Shown here piece by piece: positions 50,886 to 61,604 of a DNA stretch of 64,000 nt. Position 1 is the first letter of the stretch. Each line of letters starts with the position of its first letter. A program made the translations under genes and the position numbers. The notes under the pieces are model-generated. The model was not told the origin of the DNA. It worked only from the letters and a program-made list of their open reading frames with translations, and did no database searches. Source of the DNA: Candidatus Poribacteria bacterium (GTDB taxonomy: Bacteria > Poribacteria > WGA-4E > WGA-3G); contig OZ240248.1 in the NCBI GenBank assembly GCA_965198235.1, positions 3,328,001 through 3,392,000 of the forward strand. Direction: 5' to 3'.

Positions 50886-53120
50886 ATGGAACACCAACTT
50901 AACCTCCCCATCACTGGGATGCACTGCGAAAACTGTGCAAGCACCATCACACGGCATCTTAAAAAAATGGATGGCATCCTTGCCGCAGAAGTCAGCCTCG
51001 CCACCGAATATGCCGCGGTCGCCTTTGATGCGTCCACGCTCAGCGAGGAAACCATCGTTGATAAGATCCGAGACCTCGGTTTTGACGTTGTTGATGAGGA
51101 CGAAGAAGACGCAGCTCGCGCTGAGGAACTCCGACGGCAAAAGATGCAATTTACTTTCGGGGTAATCTTCACGCTCCCACTTTTTCTCCTCAGCATGGGT
51201 AGAGATTTGGGTATCGTCGGCGATTGGGCACACGCGCACTGGGTTAACTGGCTAATGTTTGGTTTAGCATTACCGGTGCAGGGTTATGTTGCGTGGGACT
51301 ATTACATCGGCGGTTTTAAGGCACTGCGCAACCGATCCGCCAATATGGATGTGCTCGTCGCTATGGGGTCATCCGTGGCGTTTCTCTATAGCCTTGCTGT
51401 AACGATTGCACTAACAGCGGGCGTGGGGGAACGCTTCGGCGCGCATGTCTATTTTGAGACAGCCGCGGTTATCATTACGTTGATTAAGTTGGGGAAACTG
51501 CTTGAAGCACGTGCCAAAGGTAAGATAAACGCAGCCCTCAAAAAACTCCCGCAACTTTCACCCAAAATAGCGTGCCGCTTAAAAAATGGCGAAGAACAAC
51601 ACATCCCTATTGAACAGGTCGGTGTAGGAGATGTCCTTCTTGTACGTCCCGGCGAAAGTATTCCTGTTGATGGCGTGGTACGCAGCGGCAAAAGTGCCAT
51701 TGATGAAAGCGTCTTCACCGGAGAAAGCCTACCTGTAGATAAGGAACCGGGCGACCCTGTGACCACTGCAACGATGAACCAGAGTGGGATGCTCACGATC
51801 GAAGCCACACACGTGGGTGCCGAAACATCCCTTGCCCGCCTCGTCCAATTAGTATACACGACGCAACAGAGCAAACCCCCCATCCAACGCGCTGCCGACG
51901 CAGTCACAAATGTGTTTGTACCCGTCGTCAGCGGGATTGCCATTGTGACGTTCCTTGTGTGGTGGTTCCTCCTCGGAGAAGGGTTCACCCCGGCAATGCT
52001 CCGCTTAGTTGCAATCCTCGTCACAGCCTGCCCGTGTGCATTGGGACTTGCCACCCCAACCGCTGTTATGATGGGAACCGGCATCGGCGCGCAGCGCGGC
52101 ATCCTCTTCCGAAACGGCGAAGCACTTGAACGCGCAGGAGACTTGACCACAATTGTTCTCGATAAAACAGGCACCTTGACAGAGGGGAAACTCACACTTA
52201 CCGATATTCTCACGGATAAAGACGAATCAGAACTCCTACAGCTATCTGCCGCTGCGGAGCGTGGCAGTGAACATCCTATTGGCAAAGCAATTGTTCAAGC
52301 AGCTGAGGAACGTGGACTTGACATCGCTACGCCAAGTGCGTTTAAAGCGGTTACTGGACACGGTATCGCCGCACAGGTCGGTGAAAATAGTGTCGTCATA
52401 GGCAATTTATCCTTAATTCAACAACACAACATTGCGACCAGGAGATTTGAAGAAGAAGCAGAGCGTCTACAGACCGAGGCGAAAACCGTCCTATGGGTTG
52501 TCGTTGACGGGCACGTTGTTGGGCTTCTGGCGGTCGCGGACACATTGAGATCGGAAGCGCAAGTTGCAGTCGCGGAACTCTACGAACTTGGGTGTACTGT
52601 AGTAATGATGACAGGGGATAACCGCGTTACGGCTGATGCGATCGCCAAGGCTACGCGGATTGGCGATGTCATGGCAGAACTCAAACCCGGAGATAAAGCG
52701 GCAGCCGTTGAAAAGCTACAGGCGGAAAATAGTGGACTCGTCGCGATGGTAGGCGACGGCATTAACGACACCCCCGCATTGGCACAAGCCGATATCGGAA
52801 TCTCACTCGGCACAGGCACCGATATTGCCAGGGAGACGGCACACGTGACGCTCATGCACAGCGATTTGCGTGGACTCCCCGATGCAATTCGGCTAAGCCG
52901 CTCGACGATGCGCACGATTAAACAGAACCTTTTCTGGGCGTTCTTCTACAATGTGCTTTTAATTCCTGTCGCAGCGGGCGCGCTTTATCCGCTATCTTTC
53001 GTGCCGATGATGTTTCGGGAACTACACCCGATGCTTGCGGCGTTCGCGATGGCGTTTAGCAGTGTATCTGTCGTGCTAAACAGCCTGCGTCTGCAATGGA
53101 AGAAGAATTCCTCTCTTTAA
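50886..53120 (+). CDS. copA: Cu(I)-type P1B ATPase
   Basis: MHCENC, TGES, CPC, DKTGT, SEHP, GDGIND, YN, MAFSS. Confidence 0.93.
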   Translation: MEHQLNLPITGMHCENCASTITRHLKKMDGILAAEVSLATEYAAVAFDASTLSEETIVDKIRDLGFDVVDEDEEDAARAEELRRQKMQFTFGVIFTLPLFLLSMGRDLGIVGDWAHAHWVNWLMFGLALPVQGYVAWDYYIGGFKALRNRSANMDVLVAMGSSVAFLYSLAVTIALTAGVGERFGAHVYFETAAVIITLIKLGKLLEARAKGKINAALKKLPQLSPKIACRLKNGEEQHIPIEQVGVGDVLLVRPGESIPVDGVVRSGKSAIDESVFTGESLPVDKEPGDPVTTATMNQSGMLTIEATHVGAETSLARLVQLVYTTQQSKPPIQRAADAVTNVFVPVVSGIAIVTFLVWWFLLGEGFTPAMLRLVAILVTACPCALGLATPTAVMMGTGIGAQRGILFRNGEALERAGDLTTIVLDKTGTLTEGKLTLTDILTDKDESELLQLSAAAERGSEHPIGKAIVQAAEERGLDIATPSAFKAVTGHGIAAQVGENSVVIGNLSLIQQHNIATRRFEEEAERLQTEAKTVLWVVVDGHVVGLLAVADTLRSEAQVAVAELYELGCTVVMMTGDNRVTADAIAKATRIGDVMAELKPGDKAAAVEKLQAENSGLVAMVGDGINDTPALAQADIGISLGTGTDIARETAHVTLMHSDLRGLPDAIRLSRSTMRTIKQNLFWAFFYNVLLIPVAAGALYPLSFVPMMFRELHPMLAAFAMAFSSVSVVLNSLRLQWKKNSSL

Positions 53121-53374
53121 TGGGAGCAGGCATAAAGCGTGGGAATTAAATCCTTGAAGATCGAAGAAGCCTGGTTCTGACCATGAACTCCCGAACGCCC
53201 GATTTGCGTCCTTGAATCTTCAGGAAGTTGTACCTATTAGTAACTGATAACTGACCACTGGCAAGCGAAAACTGAATGCCTCTGGGAATGTTCCAAAACC
53301 TCTTGATGTCCAATAATTGTTGTGATGTAATTGTTTTACAAATTGAGGCTATTACAGAAACGGGAGGTAGCGCG

Positions 53375-54046
53375 ATGGAGAAAAAAATAAAGGCTGCACC
53401 GACGGTCGTCTATCCCGAGTCGGACGGTAAACCTATGGCAGAGACTGAATACCATCGAGACATCATGATAGATTTCATTCAGATGCTCAAATACTATTTC
53501 CGCGACGTTAATGATGCGTATGTCTCCGGTAATCTATTGATGTATTATGAGGAAGGCAACATCAGAAAGTCTGTCTCTCCTGATGTATTTGTTGTTTTTG
53601 GGGTGAGTAAGAAGCGGCGGCGCATTTATAGAACTTGGGAGGAGGGACACACTCCCGATTTTGTATTGGAGGTCGCGAGTCCAAGCACATACAGGCAGGA
53701 CCTAACGCGGAAAAAAGAACTTTACGCGTCGGTTCTCGGTGTCCGCGAGTATTATATCTACGATCCGTATCATGAAGTTGATCCCTATTTTCTCGGGTAT
53801 CGTCTTGTGGATGGTGTGTATGAAGAGATAGGATTTGTGGATGAACGTTTACCCTCTCTTGTGCTGGGTCTGGAATTAGGTGAGCGTGATGGTGTTTTTG
53901 GACTCTATGATCCAAGCCGTTCAGTCTGGTTGCAACCGCTGGAGAAACAGGTTGAACAGGAAGCAGAGGCACGGCAGCGCGCTGAGGCCGAACTTGCTAA
54001 GGCTTTAACCGCTCTTAAACGCCTGCAAGGGAAAACCGATGACTGA
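53375..54046 (+). CDS. Uma2 family endonuclease-fold protein
   Basis: YPESDGKPMAE, PDVFV, PDFVLEVASPST, EYYIYDP; GGAGG SD. Confidence 0.9.
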   Translation: MEKKIKAAPTVVYPESDGKPMAETEYHRDIMIDFIQMLKYYFRDVNDAYVSGNLLMYYEEGNIRKSVSPDVFVVFGVSKKRRRIYRTWEEGHTPDFVLEVASPSTYRQDLTRKKELYASVLGVREYYIYDPYHEVDPYFLGYRLVDGVYEEIGFVDERLPSLVLGLELGERDGVFGLYDPSRSVWLQPLEKQVEQEAEARQRAEAELAKALTALKRLQGKTDD

Positions 54047-54048
54047 TA

Positions 54049-55032
54049 TTAGATTGAAGAAGTATAACGTTCTATTGCCCGCACCACCTGTTCCACCGTA
54101 ATCCCTGCAATCACGGCACAACTACCAGCACCGCATCCGCCCGGATGCCTCCCCGGATGGCAAGGATTGCAACCCAAATTTATTCCACTCTGAACAACTT
54201 TATGCTTATCGCCGTAGGGACCGCTCCGAGTGTGGTTTGTTGAACCGAAAAGCGCAACTACAGGTGTGTCCACAGCTGCAGCGATATGCATCGGTCCTGT
54301 GTCGTTTCCGACATACACATCGCATGCAGAGATTAACGCCGCGAGGTGCCGAAGATCGTCCGTTTGGACGAGCATTGGTGGGACATCCATCATTTCTGCA
54401 ACCTGCGTTTGGAGTTCCCGTTCATTCGGACCAGCAAAGAGTAGGATCGCTGCGTTAAGTTTCTGTGCTAAAATACTCGCGACATCCGAATAGTTTTTTC
54501 TGTCCCACAATTTGTATTCCCAATTCCCACCCGGATGGATCCCGATTAACAATCGTTCTGACGTGAGACCTGCTTCAGCGAGAAAGTGATGCGCCACAGC
54601 ACGTTCTGTTTCCGTCAATTCTAAGCGTGGGTGTGCATCCGTTGTGTCAACATCGTGCCTCTGAAGCACCTCCAGATATCGAGTCACGGCGTGGCGATTG
54701 CTGTCACCGTGTGCCATCCCCCAATGTTCCGCACCGATACATCGAGCCATGAGGCTGTCCCGCAAGTTGACAACGAGATCGAATTTGCCAAGTCGTAAGG
54801 TTTTTATGAGACGCAGTCTCCCTTTCCAACCGGTGTGTTCACCTCGGTTGTCATAAACAGCAGTTGCGTCGATGTTGGGATTCGCAGTCGCAAGGAGATC
54901 AAATGCTCGCGGTCCGACAAGGAAGGTAATATGGGCATCTGGGAAGTGTCTTCGCAATGGTTGGATAACAGCAGTGGATAGGACTGCATCGCCGATGAAA
55001 CTGAAACTAAAGACGAGAATTTTCTTCAGCAT
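54049..55032 (-). CDS. GT9 glycosyltransferase
   Basis: IGDAVL, GIHPGG, GNDTGPMHIAAA. Confidence 0.9.
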   Translation of the reverse strand: MLKKILVFSFSFIGDAVLSTAVIQPLRRHFPDAHITFLVGPRAFDLLATANPNIDATAVYDNRGEHTGWKGRLRLIKTLRLGKFDLVVNLRDSLMARCIGAEHWGMAHGDSNRHAVTRYLEVLQRHDVDTTDAHPRLELTETERAVAHHFLAEAGLTSERLLIGIHPGGNWEYKLWDRKNYSDVASILAQKLNAAILLFAGPNERELQTQVAEMMDVPPMLVQTDDLRHLAALISACDVYVGNDTGPMHIAAAVDTPVVALFGSTNHTRSGPYGDKHKVVQSGINLGCNPCHPGRHPGGCGAGSCAVIAGITVEQVVRAIERYTSSI

Positions 55033-55108
55033 TTTTTATCAAAGGTTTTTTAATCAGGACTTACGCAAATTGAGTAAATAGAAGAAACAACATTGAAGTG
55101 GAGAGGGT

Positions 55109-55615
55109 TTAACGCTTCTCGTCTTTTAACCACGCATCCATTGCTTCCCGCCTTGCGTTTTCACAGAACCTGTGAACGCTCTCTATGCTACCAAAAGGAA
55201 TACTATAGACTTTTAGAACGGTGTGCATCTCCTCAAGTATTTCAGAAACGGCTTTGTTTTGAAAAAGGTTCTCAAGTGTTTCGCGATCTTTTTCTAATAC
55301 CTCCCACCATTCATAAAGACTGTAAAGATACTGAACGTCACTGAGCGGATCCCGTCCCTGCATGTCCATCGCGTCGCTACTGACACCTATAGGGTCAAAA
55401 GTTGTTAGAGCCAACATTTCTTCCAAGGTTAAGTCAAGTTCTACTTCGGCGATATCAAACCAGCACAGCCCGTCGAACGCCTCATCGTCAGCAACGCCGG
55501 GAATCTCACGCTCCAAAAACTCCCACGCAACAGCAGTTGTTTTTGCGTCAAGTTTTTCTAAAGCTTCAATAAAGCCTTCTCTGTCGTGCATTGGAATGTC
55601 AAACAAGTTTAGCAT
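55109..55615 (-). CDS. hypothetical acidic protein
   Basis: 168-aa ORF co-oriented in the GT operon, AGGAG upstream. Confidence 0.65.
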   Translation of the reverse strand: MLNLFDIPMHDREGFIEALEKLDAKTTAVAWEFLEREIPGVADDEAFDGLCWFDIAEVELDLTLEEMLALTTFDPIGVSSDAMDMQGRDPLSDVQYLYSLYEWWEVLEKDRETLENLFQNKAVSEILEEMHTVLKVYSIPFGSIESVHRFCENARREAMDAWLKDEKR

Positions 55616-55627
55616 TTTTCTAGCTCC

Positions 55628-56860
55628 TTAAAAAGATTCAATCAGGTCAACAGCTGCAGTCAAACCATCTTCCGTTTCCATCTGTTCTCCCAAAATCTGT
55701 GCCCGCGCAGTCATCGCGGGGGTCGCAAGGACTTGCTGGATCCGTTTCGCCAAACGTTTGGCATTGAGGCTGCGGCGATGCAAGTGCCTCGGTGCCACCC
55801 CTAAATCCGATAGGCGTTTTCCCCAATACGGTTGGTCTGCGTGGTGTGCTACGACAACGGAAGGAACTTTAGCGCGACACACTGATGCCGTTGTTCCGGC
55901 TCCACCATGGTGCACAACGCAGCACCCCTTTGGAAACAGCCACTGGTGTGGCACATACTCCGTACAGAAGATATCCGGTAGTGCATCTTCTGTGCCGAGT
56001 TGTCCCCACCCCGCTTGGATGATCGCGCGTTGCCTTGTTTTCTTAACAGTATCAATCAAGATTTCTGTTGTTTCACGTCCATTTGAACCTCCCATTGAGC
56101 CGAAGGAGATAATAATGGGTGGTGGCCCCTTCGCTAAAAAATTGACGAGTTCAGGGGGCGGAATATAGGATGGCGACGCAAGATGCCATACACCCGTGAA
56201 TTTGTGATTCGATGGGAAGTAACTTGGTGGGCAGAGAGATGGAGATGCGGCAATGAGATTCAGATGTGGTGAGTACATTCCGTCTAATGCTACTGAAGCC
56301 CGTGGTTCTCCACCGACAGACGCGATAAATTGATTGAAAAGCACGTCCACACTTGAAGCAAGGCGAAGCTGCACCAATTTCCACACAATAGCGTTGAAGG
56401 TGCGTCCCCAATTTGGAAATGGATGCGGCGCGAAGTCGAAGGACTTGATGAAACCCGGGCAATATGTTACAGTTAACCACGGGACACCGTTGCGAATTGC
56501 AGCCTCTTGGGCAGGGATGTCCACGGAATGGCAGATTACTATATCAAACCCTTTCATTGCAGCCAAGCAGTCGTGATACCACTTTTCGCCACGGCGCACA
56601 ATTCCCTCCTCCACGATGAGCCGTAACATAGCAAGCGGGTCGCGCTTGGGAATAATCGCGTCCATCGCCGCGTGAAATTCTGACAGATCAAAAACGATAC
56701 CTATCTCATAGAATTCTGCGCCGATCTCAAGAGCCTTGTCTCTATAAAGGGCGGGTGCACAAACACGCACCTGATGTCCTCTTTCAAGCAAGCGTTCCGA
56801 TAGTGCCAAGACAGGATAGACATCTCCCGTTGAGCCCCACCCTACTACGACAATTTTCAT
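55628..56860 (-). CDS. GT1/GT28-N glycosyltransferase (sterol glucosyltransferase-like)
   Basis: GSTGDVYP, SFGSM, HHGGAGTT, ADQPYWG. Confidence 0.88.
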   Translation of the reverse strand: MKIVVVGWGSTGDVYPVLALSERLLERGHQVRVCAPALYRDKALEIGAEFYEIGIVFDLSEFHAAMDAIIPKRDPLAMLRLIVEEGIVRRGEKWYHDCLAAMKGFDIVICHSVDIPAQEAAIRNGVPWLTVTYCPGFIKSFDFAPHPFPNWGRTFNAIVWKLVQLRLASSVDVLFNQFIASVGGEPRASVALDGMYSPHLNLIAASPSLCPPSYFPSNHKFTGVWHLASPSYIPPPELVNFLAKGPPPIIISFGSMGGSNGRETTEILIDTVKKTRQRAIIQAGWGQLGTEDALPDIFCTEYVPHQWLFPKGCCVVHHGGAGTTASVCRAKVPSVVVAHHADQPYWGKRLSDLGVAPRHLHRRSLNAKRLAKRIQQVLATPAMTARAQILGEQMETEDGLTAAVDLIESF

Positions 56861-57909
56861 TTTCGTCTCGCTTCTATGGCTATCGTCGTTGCATTCCAAA
56901 CCGGTTCAACAGGAAGTTTTTTCGTGCATTCCCATCCGATTTTACACTTGTGCGCGCTACAGGGCCAGCACGGCATATCCCGCCGCACGATAGAGGCGTT
57001 TTCGCTCAACGGATGCCACGCCACATGATCGGTGGGACCGAAGATCGCTATTGTCGGTACGTCCACTGCTGCAGCGAGATGCATCGGACCGGAATCGTTG
57101 CAAACGACCAAGTCGCAACAGGAGAGCAGTGCCCCTAATTCGCGGATCGTTTCTGGCGCGTGGATAATAGCAGCGGACTGCATCGCTTTCTGAATATTGT
57201 CCGTTAATGCCTTTTCTCCGGGACCCTGTAAAAGAAGTATCGTAGCGTTATAGTGGTGTGCGAGTCTGTCAGCAAGTTCAGCATACTGATTTTCGGGCCA
57301 GCGTTTATCGAACGAACTGCCGCCCGGATGGATGCCGATGAGAAATGAATCGCCATCAATACCGCACGATGCCAGCCGTGCTTTGGCAGTGGCAATCTCA
57401 TCAGGCGACAAGTGGAATATAAGTTCCCGTTTGCCTTCTCCATTACAGATTAATCGGACGAGTTCTAAGTTTCTGTCAACTTCGTGGGTTTCGCCTTTTG
57501 GATATTTACCACGCCACGCGTGTGTGAGGGTGGATTTGAAGCGTTTCTGATAACGTCCTAAACGGTATGGTGCACCAGAAAGAACAGCAACGAGATGCGA
57601 CCACATCGCTGTCTGCATGGCAACGATGAGTTGAAACCGCTCACGACGTAACTCGCGGTAGAATTGGAATTGTGCTAAAAACCCTCGGTGTTTTCCATCC
57701 CGATCAAAGACAAGAATCCTATCCACATCGGGGTTACCGATTAACACAGAGGCATTAAGTGGGCGCGCTAATACTGTGATTTCCGCTGATGGATAGTTTT
57801 CTCGCAACAGCGCGATCGCCGGAGTCGAGTTCAGCAAATCTCCAATCCCGTCAACGCGGATGACGAGTATTTTATTGATGTTAGGAAGCGTGTCGCTCTC
57901 GGGTAGCAT
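56857..57909 (-). CDS. GT9 glycosyltransferase
   Basis: RVDGIGDLL, IHPGG, CNDSGPMHLA; start trimmed. Confidence 0.9.
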   Translation of the reverse strand: MLPESDTLPNINKILVIRVDGIGDLLNSTPAIALLRENYPSAEITVLARPLNASVLIGNPDVDRILVFDRDGKHRGFLAQFQFYRELRRERFQLIVAMQTAMWSHLVAVLSGAPYRLGRYQKRFKSTLTHAWRGKYPKGETHEVDRNLELVRLICNGEGKRELIFHLSPDEIATAKARLASCGIDGDSFLIGIHPGGSSFDKRWPENQYAELADRLAHHYNATILLLQGPGEKALTDNIQKAMQSAAIIHAPETIRELGALLSCCDLVVCNDSGPMHLAAAVDVPTIAIFGPTDHVAWHPLSENASIVRRDMPCWPCSAHKCKIGWECTKKLPVEPVWNATTIAIEARRK

Positions 57910-57945
57910 AACGTTTCCCTTACGTGCGAAGTTAAAGTTTTGTTT

Positions 57946-57974
57946 ATTATAACACGAAGCAAAGGAAATGGCAA
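57946..57974 (-). promoter_or_regulatory. sigma70-type promoter of the GT operon
   Basis: TTGCCA-17-TATAAT with extended TG. Confidence 0.75.
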
Positions 57975-58050
57975 ATCCCAAAGCCGTAAACATGAAGCAG
58001 GCACACATCGTTCGTTGTATCAACACTGACGAATGTGGTATACTATAACT

Positions 58051-59943
58051 ATGCATCACAGAGCATCGCGCACAACTGCGGATAACCAGAAATCCTCAGT
58101 GCTCCGCTTTCTTTTCGGGACGCTCATCTTCGGTTCGCTCCTCATTATCCTCACTTGTTATTGGATTATCTCTGCAGAAAACCGGGTGGTATGGGAACTG
58201 ACCGATTTTTCTATCTTTCCAACGGTACTCTTCACCTTTTTTCTACTTGCTCTCATCACTCCGTTCCTCAAAAAGGTTTTCAGCGGTTTCGCGCCGACAG
58301 CACGTGAACTTGCCCTGACGTATACGATGGTATCCGTAGCAACTGCACTCGCGGGACACGATATTGTTCGACAGTTGGTGCCGATGATTGCCAACGCGGG
58401 ATGGTTTGCAACGCCTGAAAATGAATGGTCAGATCTCTTCTTCCGCTTCATGCCGACATGGCTAACGATTACCGATCGGCGGATTCTACAGGGATACTTT
58501 GAGGGCGATGATACGTTTTGGCGGGAATCCTATCTAAATGCATGGATGTGGCCCATTGTGGCGTGGAGTGGGTTGGTGATTGTCATCCTGTTTATGATGC
58601 TTTGTGTCAATATCATCATCAGGAGACAGTGGATTGACCACGAGAAGTTGAGTTATCCTTTGACGACACTTCCAGTTGAATTGCTCGGTAATACGTCTAC
58701 ACTCTTTCGCAATAAATTGTTTTGGCTCGGTTTGGGAATCGCATTTGGACTGGAGATTCTGGCGGGATTGAACTATCTTTTTCCGGTGATACCTGCGCTC
58801 AAAATCAAGTATCAACTCTACTTTTCTGACCGACCTTGGAACGCAGTGGGGCGTTTACCTATCTACGTCTATCCATTTGCGATTGGGTTTGGATATCTCA
58901 TGCCGCTGGAATTGTCGCTATCATTTTGGTTTTTCTACCTGTTTTGGGGTGCGCAGCGCGTCTTTTTCAGTGCAACGGGGTGGACGACTGCCATCGGTTT
59001 ACAAACCGAGCAACGCGCTGGGGCATGGCTCGGCATTGGGACACTTGCCCTCATCACAAGTCGACGACAGATTCTTGAGGTCCTCGGTGGTGTGTTTTCT
59101 TTTAGATCCAAAGATGGCTTATATCGGCTTGCTGTTTTTGGATTGATAATTGGCATGGCGTTTGTGTTAGCGTTCTGGTATTTCGCGGGATTGTCGCCAT
59201 GGGTTGTGCTCGGCTATTTCAGTATCTATTTGGTATTATGTCTTGGGATGACGCGCATGCGCGCCGAACTCGGACCCCCGACACATGAACTGCACAATGT
59301 GCATCCCGACAAGATTATGTTGCTGTTTGCTGGAAGTCGACCGCTGGGTGTGCAAAACCTAACGAACACGACCTTACTCTCATGGCTTGCGTATGGTTAC
59401 CGATGCCATCCGATGCCGCATCAGTTGGAGGCGTTCAAAATCGGCAGACACTTCCGTTTGAGTGAAAATCGGTTGGTTGTTGCCCTAATTGTGGCATCAA
59501 TTGTTGGAGCGATCGTTTCGATTGTTGGGCATGTGGCACTCTATTATGAATACCGATTCGCACAATGGGGTGTTGGTGAGTTTAACCGCTTGCAAAGTTG
59601 GATTATCGCGCCGCGGGTGCCGAATTTACCTGCTATCCAGCATATAGTGTTTGGTTTCCTGTTCACCGGTGTGCTAACGTTTCTGAAACGTCAATTTTTG
59701 TGGTGGCCCCTCTATCCTGTGGGCTATGCTGTCGGTAACGGTTGGGCTATCGGTTGGATGTGGTTCTCAATATTTTTGGGGTGGCTCTTCAAGCAGTTAC
59801 TTTTCACAGGGGGTGGGGTACGAGCCTATCGCAGAGCATTACCGCTATTTTTAGGCTTAGTATTCGGTCAGTTCCTCGCGGGGAGCCTTTGGAGTTTGAT
59901 AGGTGTGGTATTGAATATGAACATGTACACGCTTTTCCCATGA
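58051..59943 (+). CDS. polytopic membrane protein (DUF6785/DUF6784-like, putative transporter)
   Basis: RRQWIDHEKLSYPL, RMRAELG, WWPLYPVGY; many TM segments. Confidence 0.7.
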   Translation: MHHRASRTTADNQKSSVLRFLFGTLIFGSLLIILTCYWIISAENRVVWELTDFSIFPTVLFTFFLLALITPFLKKVFSGFAPTARELALTYTMVSVATALAGHDIVRQLVPMIANAGWFATPENEWSDLFFRFMPTWLTITDRRILQGYFEGDDTFWRESYLNAWMWPIVAWSGLVIVILFMMLCVNIIIRRQWIDHEKLSYPLTTLPVELLGNTSTLFRNKLFWLGLGIAFGLEILAGLNYLFPVIPALKIKYQLYFSDRPWNAVGRLPIYVYPFAIGFGYLMPLELSLSFWFFYLFWGAQRVFFSATGWTTAIGLQTEQRAGAWLGIGTLALITSRRQILEVLGGVFSFRSKDGLYRLAVFGLIIGMAFVLAFWYFAGLSPWVVLGYFSIYLVLCLGMTRMRAELGPPTHELHNVHPDKIMLLFAGSRPLGVQNLTNTTLLSWLAYGYRCHPMPHQLEAFKIGRHFRLSENRLVVALIVASIVGAIVSIVGHVALYYEYRFAQWGVGEFNRLQSWIIAPRVPNLPAIQHIVFGFLFTGVLTFLKRQFLWWPLYPVGYAVGNGWAIGWMWFSIFLGWLFKQLLFTGGGVRAYRRALPLFLGLVFGQFLAGSLWSLIGVVLNMNMYTLFP

Positions 59944-60006
59944 AGTTGTGCCATCAAGATATAATTTGTGTGTTTAATCCAATGTCGTTTAACAACAAAC
60001 AACACA

Positions 60007-60351
60007 TCAGAAGTCTTCCAATGCGTTTGCTTCGGATTCAAAGACACCTATACTCTGTGTGAGCCCAATGGTATTGAAAATATTTCGGACTTGTGTAGAG
60101 GGATGCGCAACTCGCAGAGCCTGTCCTTTTTCCCGCATCTTCCAAAGCAATCTAATTATCTCACCAAACCCACTACTTGTGATAAAACTGCGCCGTTCAA
60201 AATTAAGTAAAACCTTTTCTGCGTCCTGAACTTCAGCGTTGGCGTAAGCCTCACTCAACATAGATTCTGAGGCATCGGTGAGATAGCCTGTAATGTCAAA
60301 TATAGCGATCTTTCCTTCGTGCCGAATAGAGATTTGAGAATTTGCCCTCAC
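60007..60351 (-). CDS. STAS / anti-sigma-factor antagonist
   Basis: FITSSG phosphoserine motif, IFNTIGL, 114 aa. Confidence 0.85.
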   Translation of the reverse strand: MRANSQISIRHEGKIAIFDITGYLTDASESMLSEAYANAEVQDAEKVLLNFERRSFITSSGFGEIIRLLWKMREKGQALRVAHPSTQVRNIFNTIGLTQSIGVFESEANALEDF

Positions 60352-60415
60352 AATTTCCTCCTGTAAGATTAGTCCTGAATTCGTTAAATTTAATTATTAG
60401 TTGTAGTGCGGTCCG

Positions 60416-61360
60416 TTAATCTTCGGTAAAAGTTCGCTGAAGCGGCGTATGTTCTGGTTGCTCCCGGACTATTGTCCCATCATCCAGATGAAGCCATGTT
60501 TCAAATTGACGCTCACCTTCCTGTAATGCTATGACACGTGCGCCGCGGGGAAACCTGTCTCTACCGTAAGTATTGTAGCCAGAAGCGCGTCCATAGCACA
60601 GGCGGATCCCGTGCAAATCACCCCAGAAATCGTTGATATGTTCGTGTCCGACAAACGTTCCCATGACATCGCCGGCTTCATGCATTGCTGCAAAAAAACC
60701 GGTATTCAGCCGAGGTGCACAGACGTTTTCGTATTTTACCCCATAGCAGGTATGAAAGTCCCATACCTCGTCGTATTCGGGAATTGGGATGTGGAAAAAG
60801 GCGAGGGCAGGAAGTGGATGTTCCGCTTCAGCGGTGAACTTTGCGGATTCTTGTAAGTACCATGCAATTTGCTCCCGTTTGATCCAATCGTAGCCATCAA
60901 TATCTGTTAGGGCGTAGCTGCCGGAATCGATGAAATAGAGGAGTGCTGCAGACACATCTTCCTCAGAATTTTGGATGGGTAAAATATAATTCCCGACACC
61001 GGGTATCTCTGCCGGTCCTGGTTCCGTGAGAGATAACGTACCTTCTTGCATGACTGCCATCAATTCGTGGCGATCGGCGGTGCCTTCATCATCGTGGTTG
61101 CCGAAAACCGCCGCCCACGGTGTTCCGCACCTTTCTACAATTTTAACAACTTCTCGGAGGGAATTGGCGGCATCGTTGCACCCACCACCTGCTAAAATAT
61201 CGCCCGTTAGCACAATTAAATCCGGAGATTCATCTTTCGCGACTCGTTCTATCAACGCCGCTGATTGTTGATCGGGTGGTTCACCGTTATGCCAGTGAAT
61301 ATCGGTGAATTGCACGATTTTGAAACGCCGATCGCTGCGGAACTTCAATGCGTTTTTCAC
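60416..61360 (-). CDS. calcineurin-like metallophosphoesterase (Dcr2-like)
   Basis: DIH, TGD, GNHD, FFHIP, GHEH. Confidence 0.9.
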   Translation of the reverse strand: MKNALKFRSDRRFKIVQFTDIHWHNGEPPDQQSAALIERVAKDESPDLIVLTGDILAGGGCNDAANSLREVVKIVERCGTPWAAVFGNHDDEGTADRHELMAVMQEGTLSLTEPGPAEIPGVGNYILPIQNSEEDVSAALLYFIDSGSYALTDIDGYDWIKREQIAWYLQESAKFTAEAEHPLPALAFFHIPIPEYDEVWDFHTCYGVKYENVCAPRLNTGFFAAMHEAGDVMGTFVGHEHINDFWGDLHGIRLCYGRASGYNTYGRDRFPRGARVIALQEGERQFETWLHLDDGTIVREQPEHTPLQRTFTED

Positions 61361-61568
61361 TCTCTTTTACTCTCCTTTGCGCGTAATCATAACATAATTC
61401 CCAAAAATTGCAAGCGAATTCTTTATGCAAGAATCATTTGGCTTGGTATTCTGTAACAGAATATCGCACTCACTCTCATAGAGACATTAATCCTTGAAAA
61501 GATAGTGAAAAAATTCATATCTCTTCTTTTCCTGAATGAGCAAACTCAACATCTGTACTACAATAATC

Positions 61569-61597
61569 TTGCCATATCCAACTTTTTATGATAGCAT
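61569..61597 (+). promoter_or_regulatory. promoter of probably leaderless pyrK
   Basis: TTGCCA-17-TAGCAT, ATG 7 nt downstream. Confidence 0.55.
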
Positions 61598-61604
61598 ATA
61601 TGGT

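Noticed and set aside
53375-54046. Uma2 protein as the mobiliser of the repeats
   Set aside because: Not flanked by family A/B hairpins; no transposase activity is established for the family
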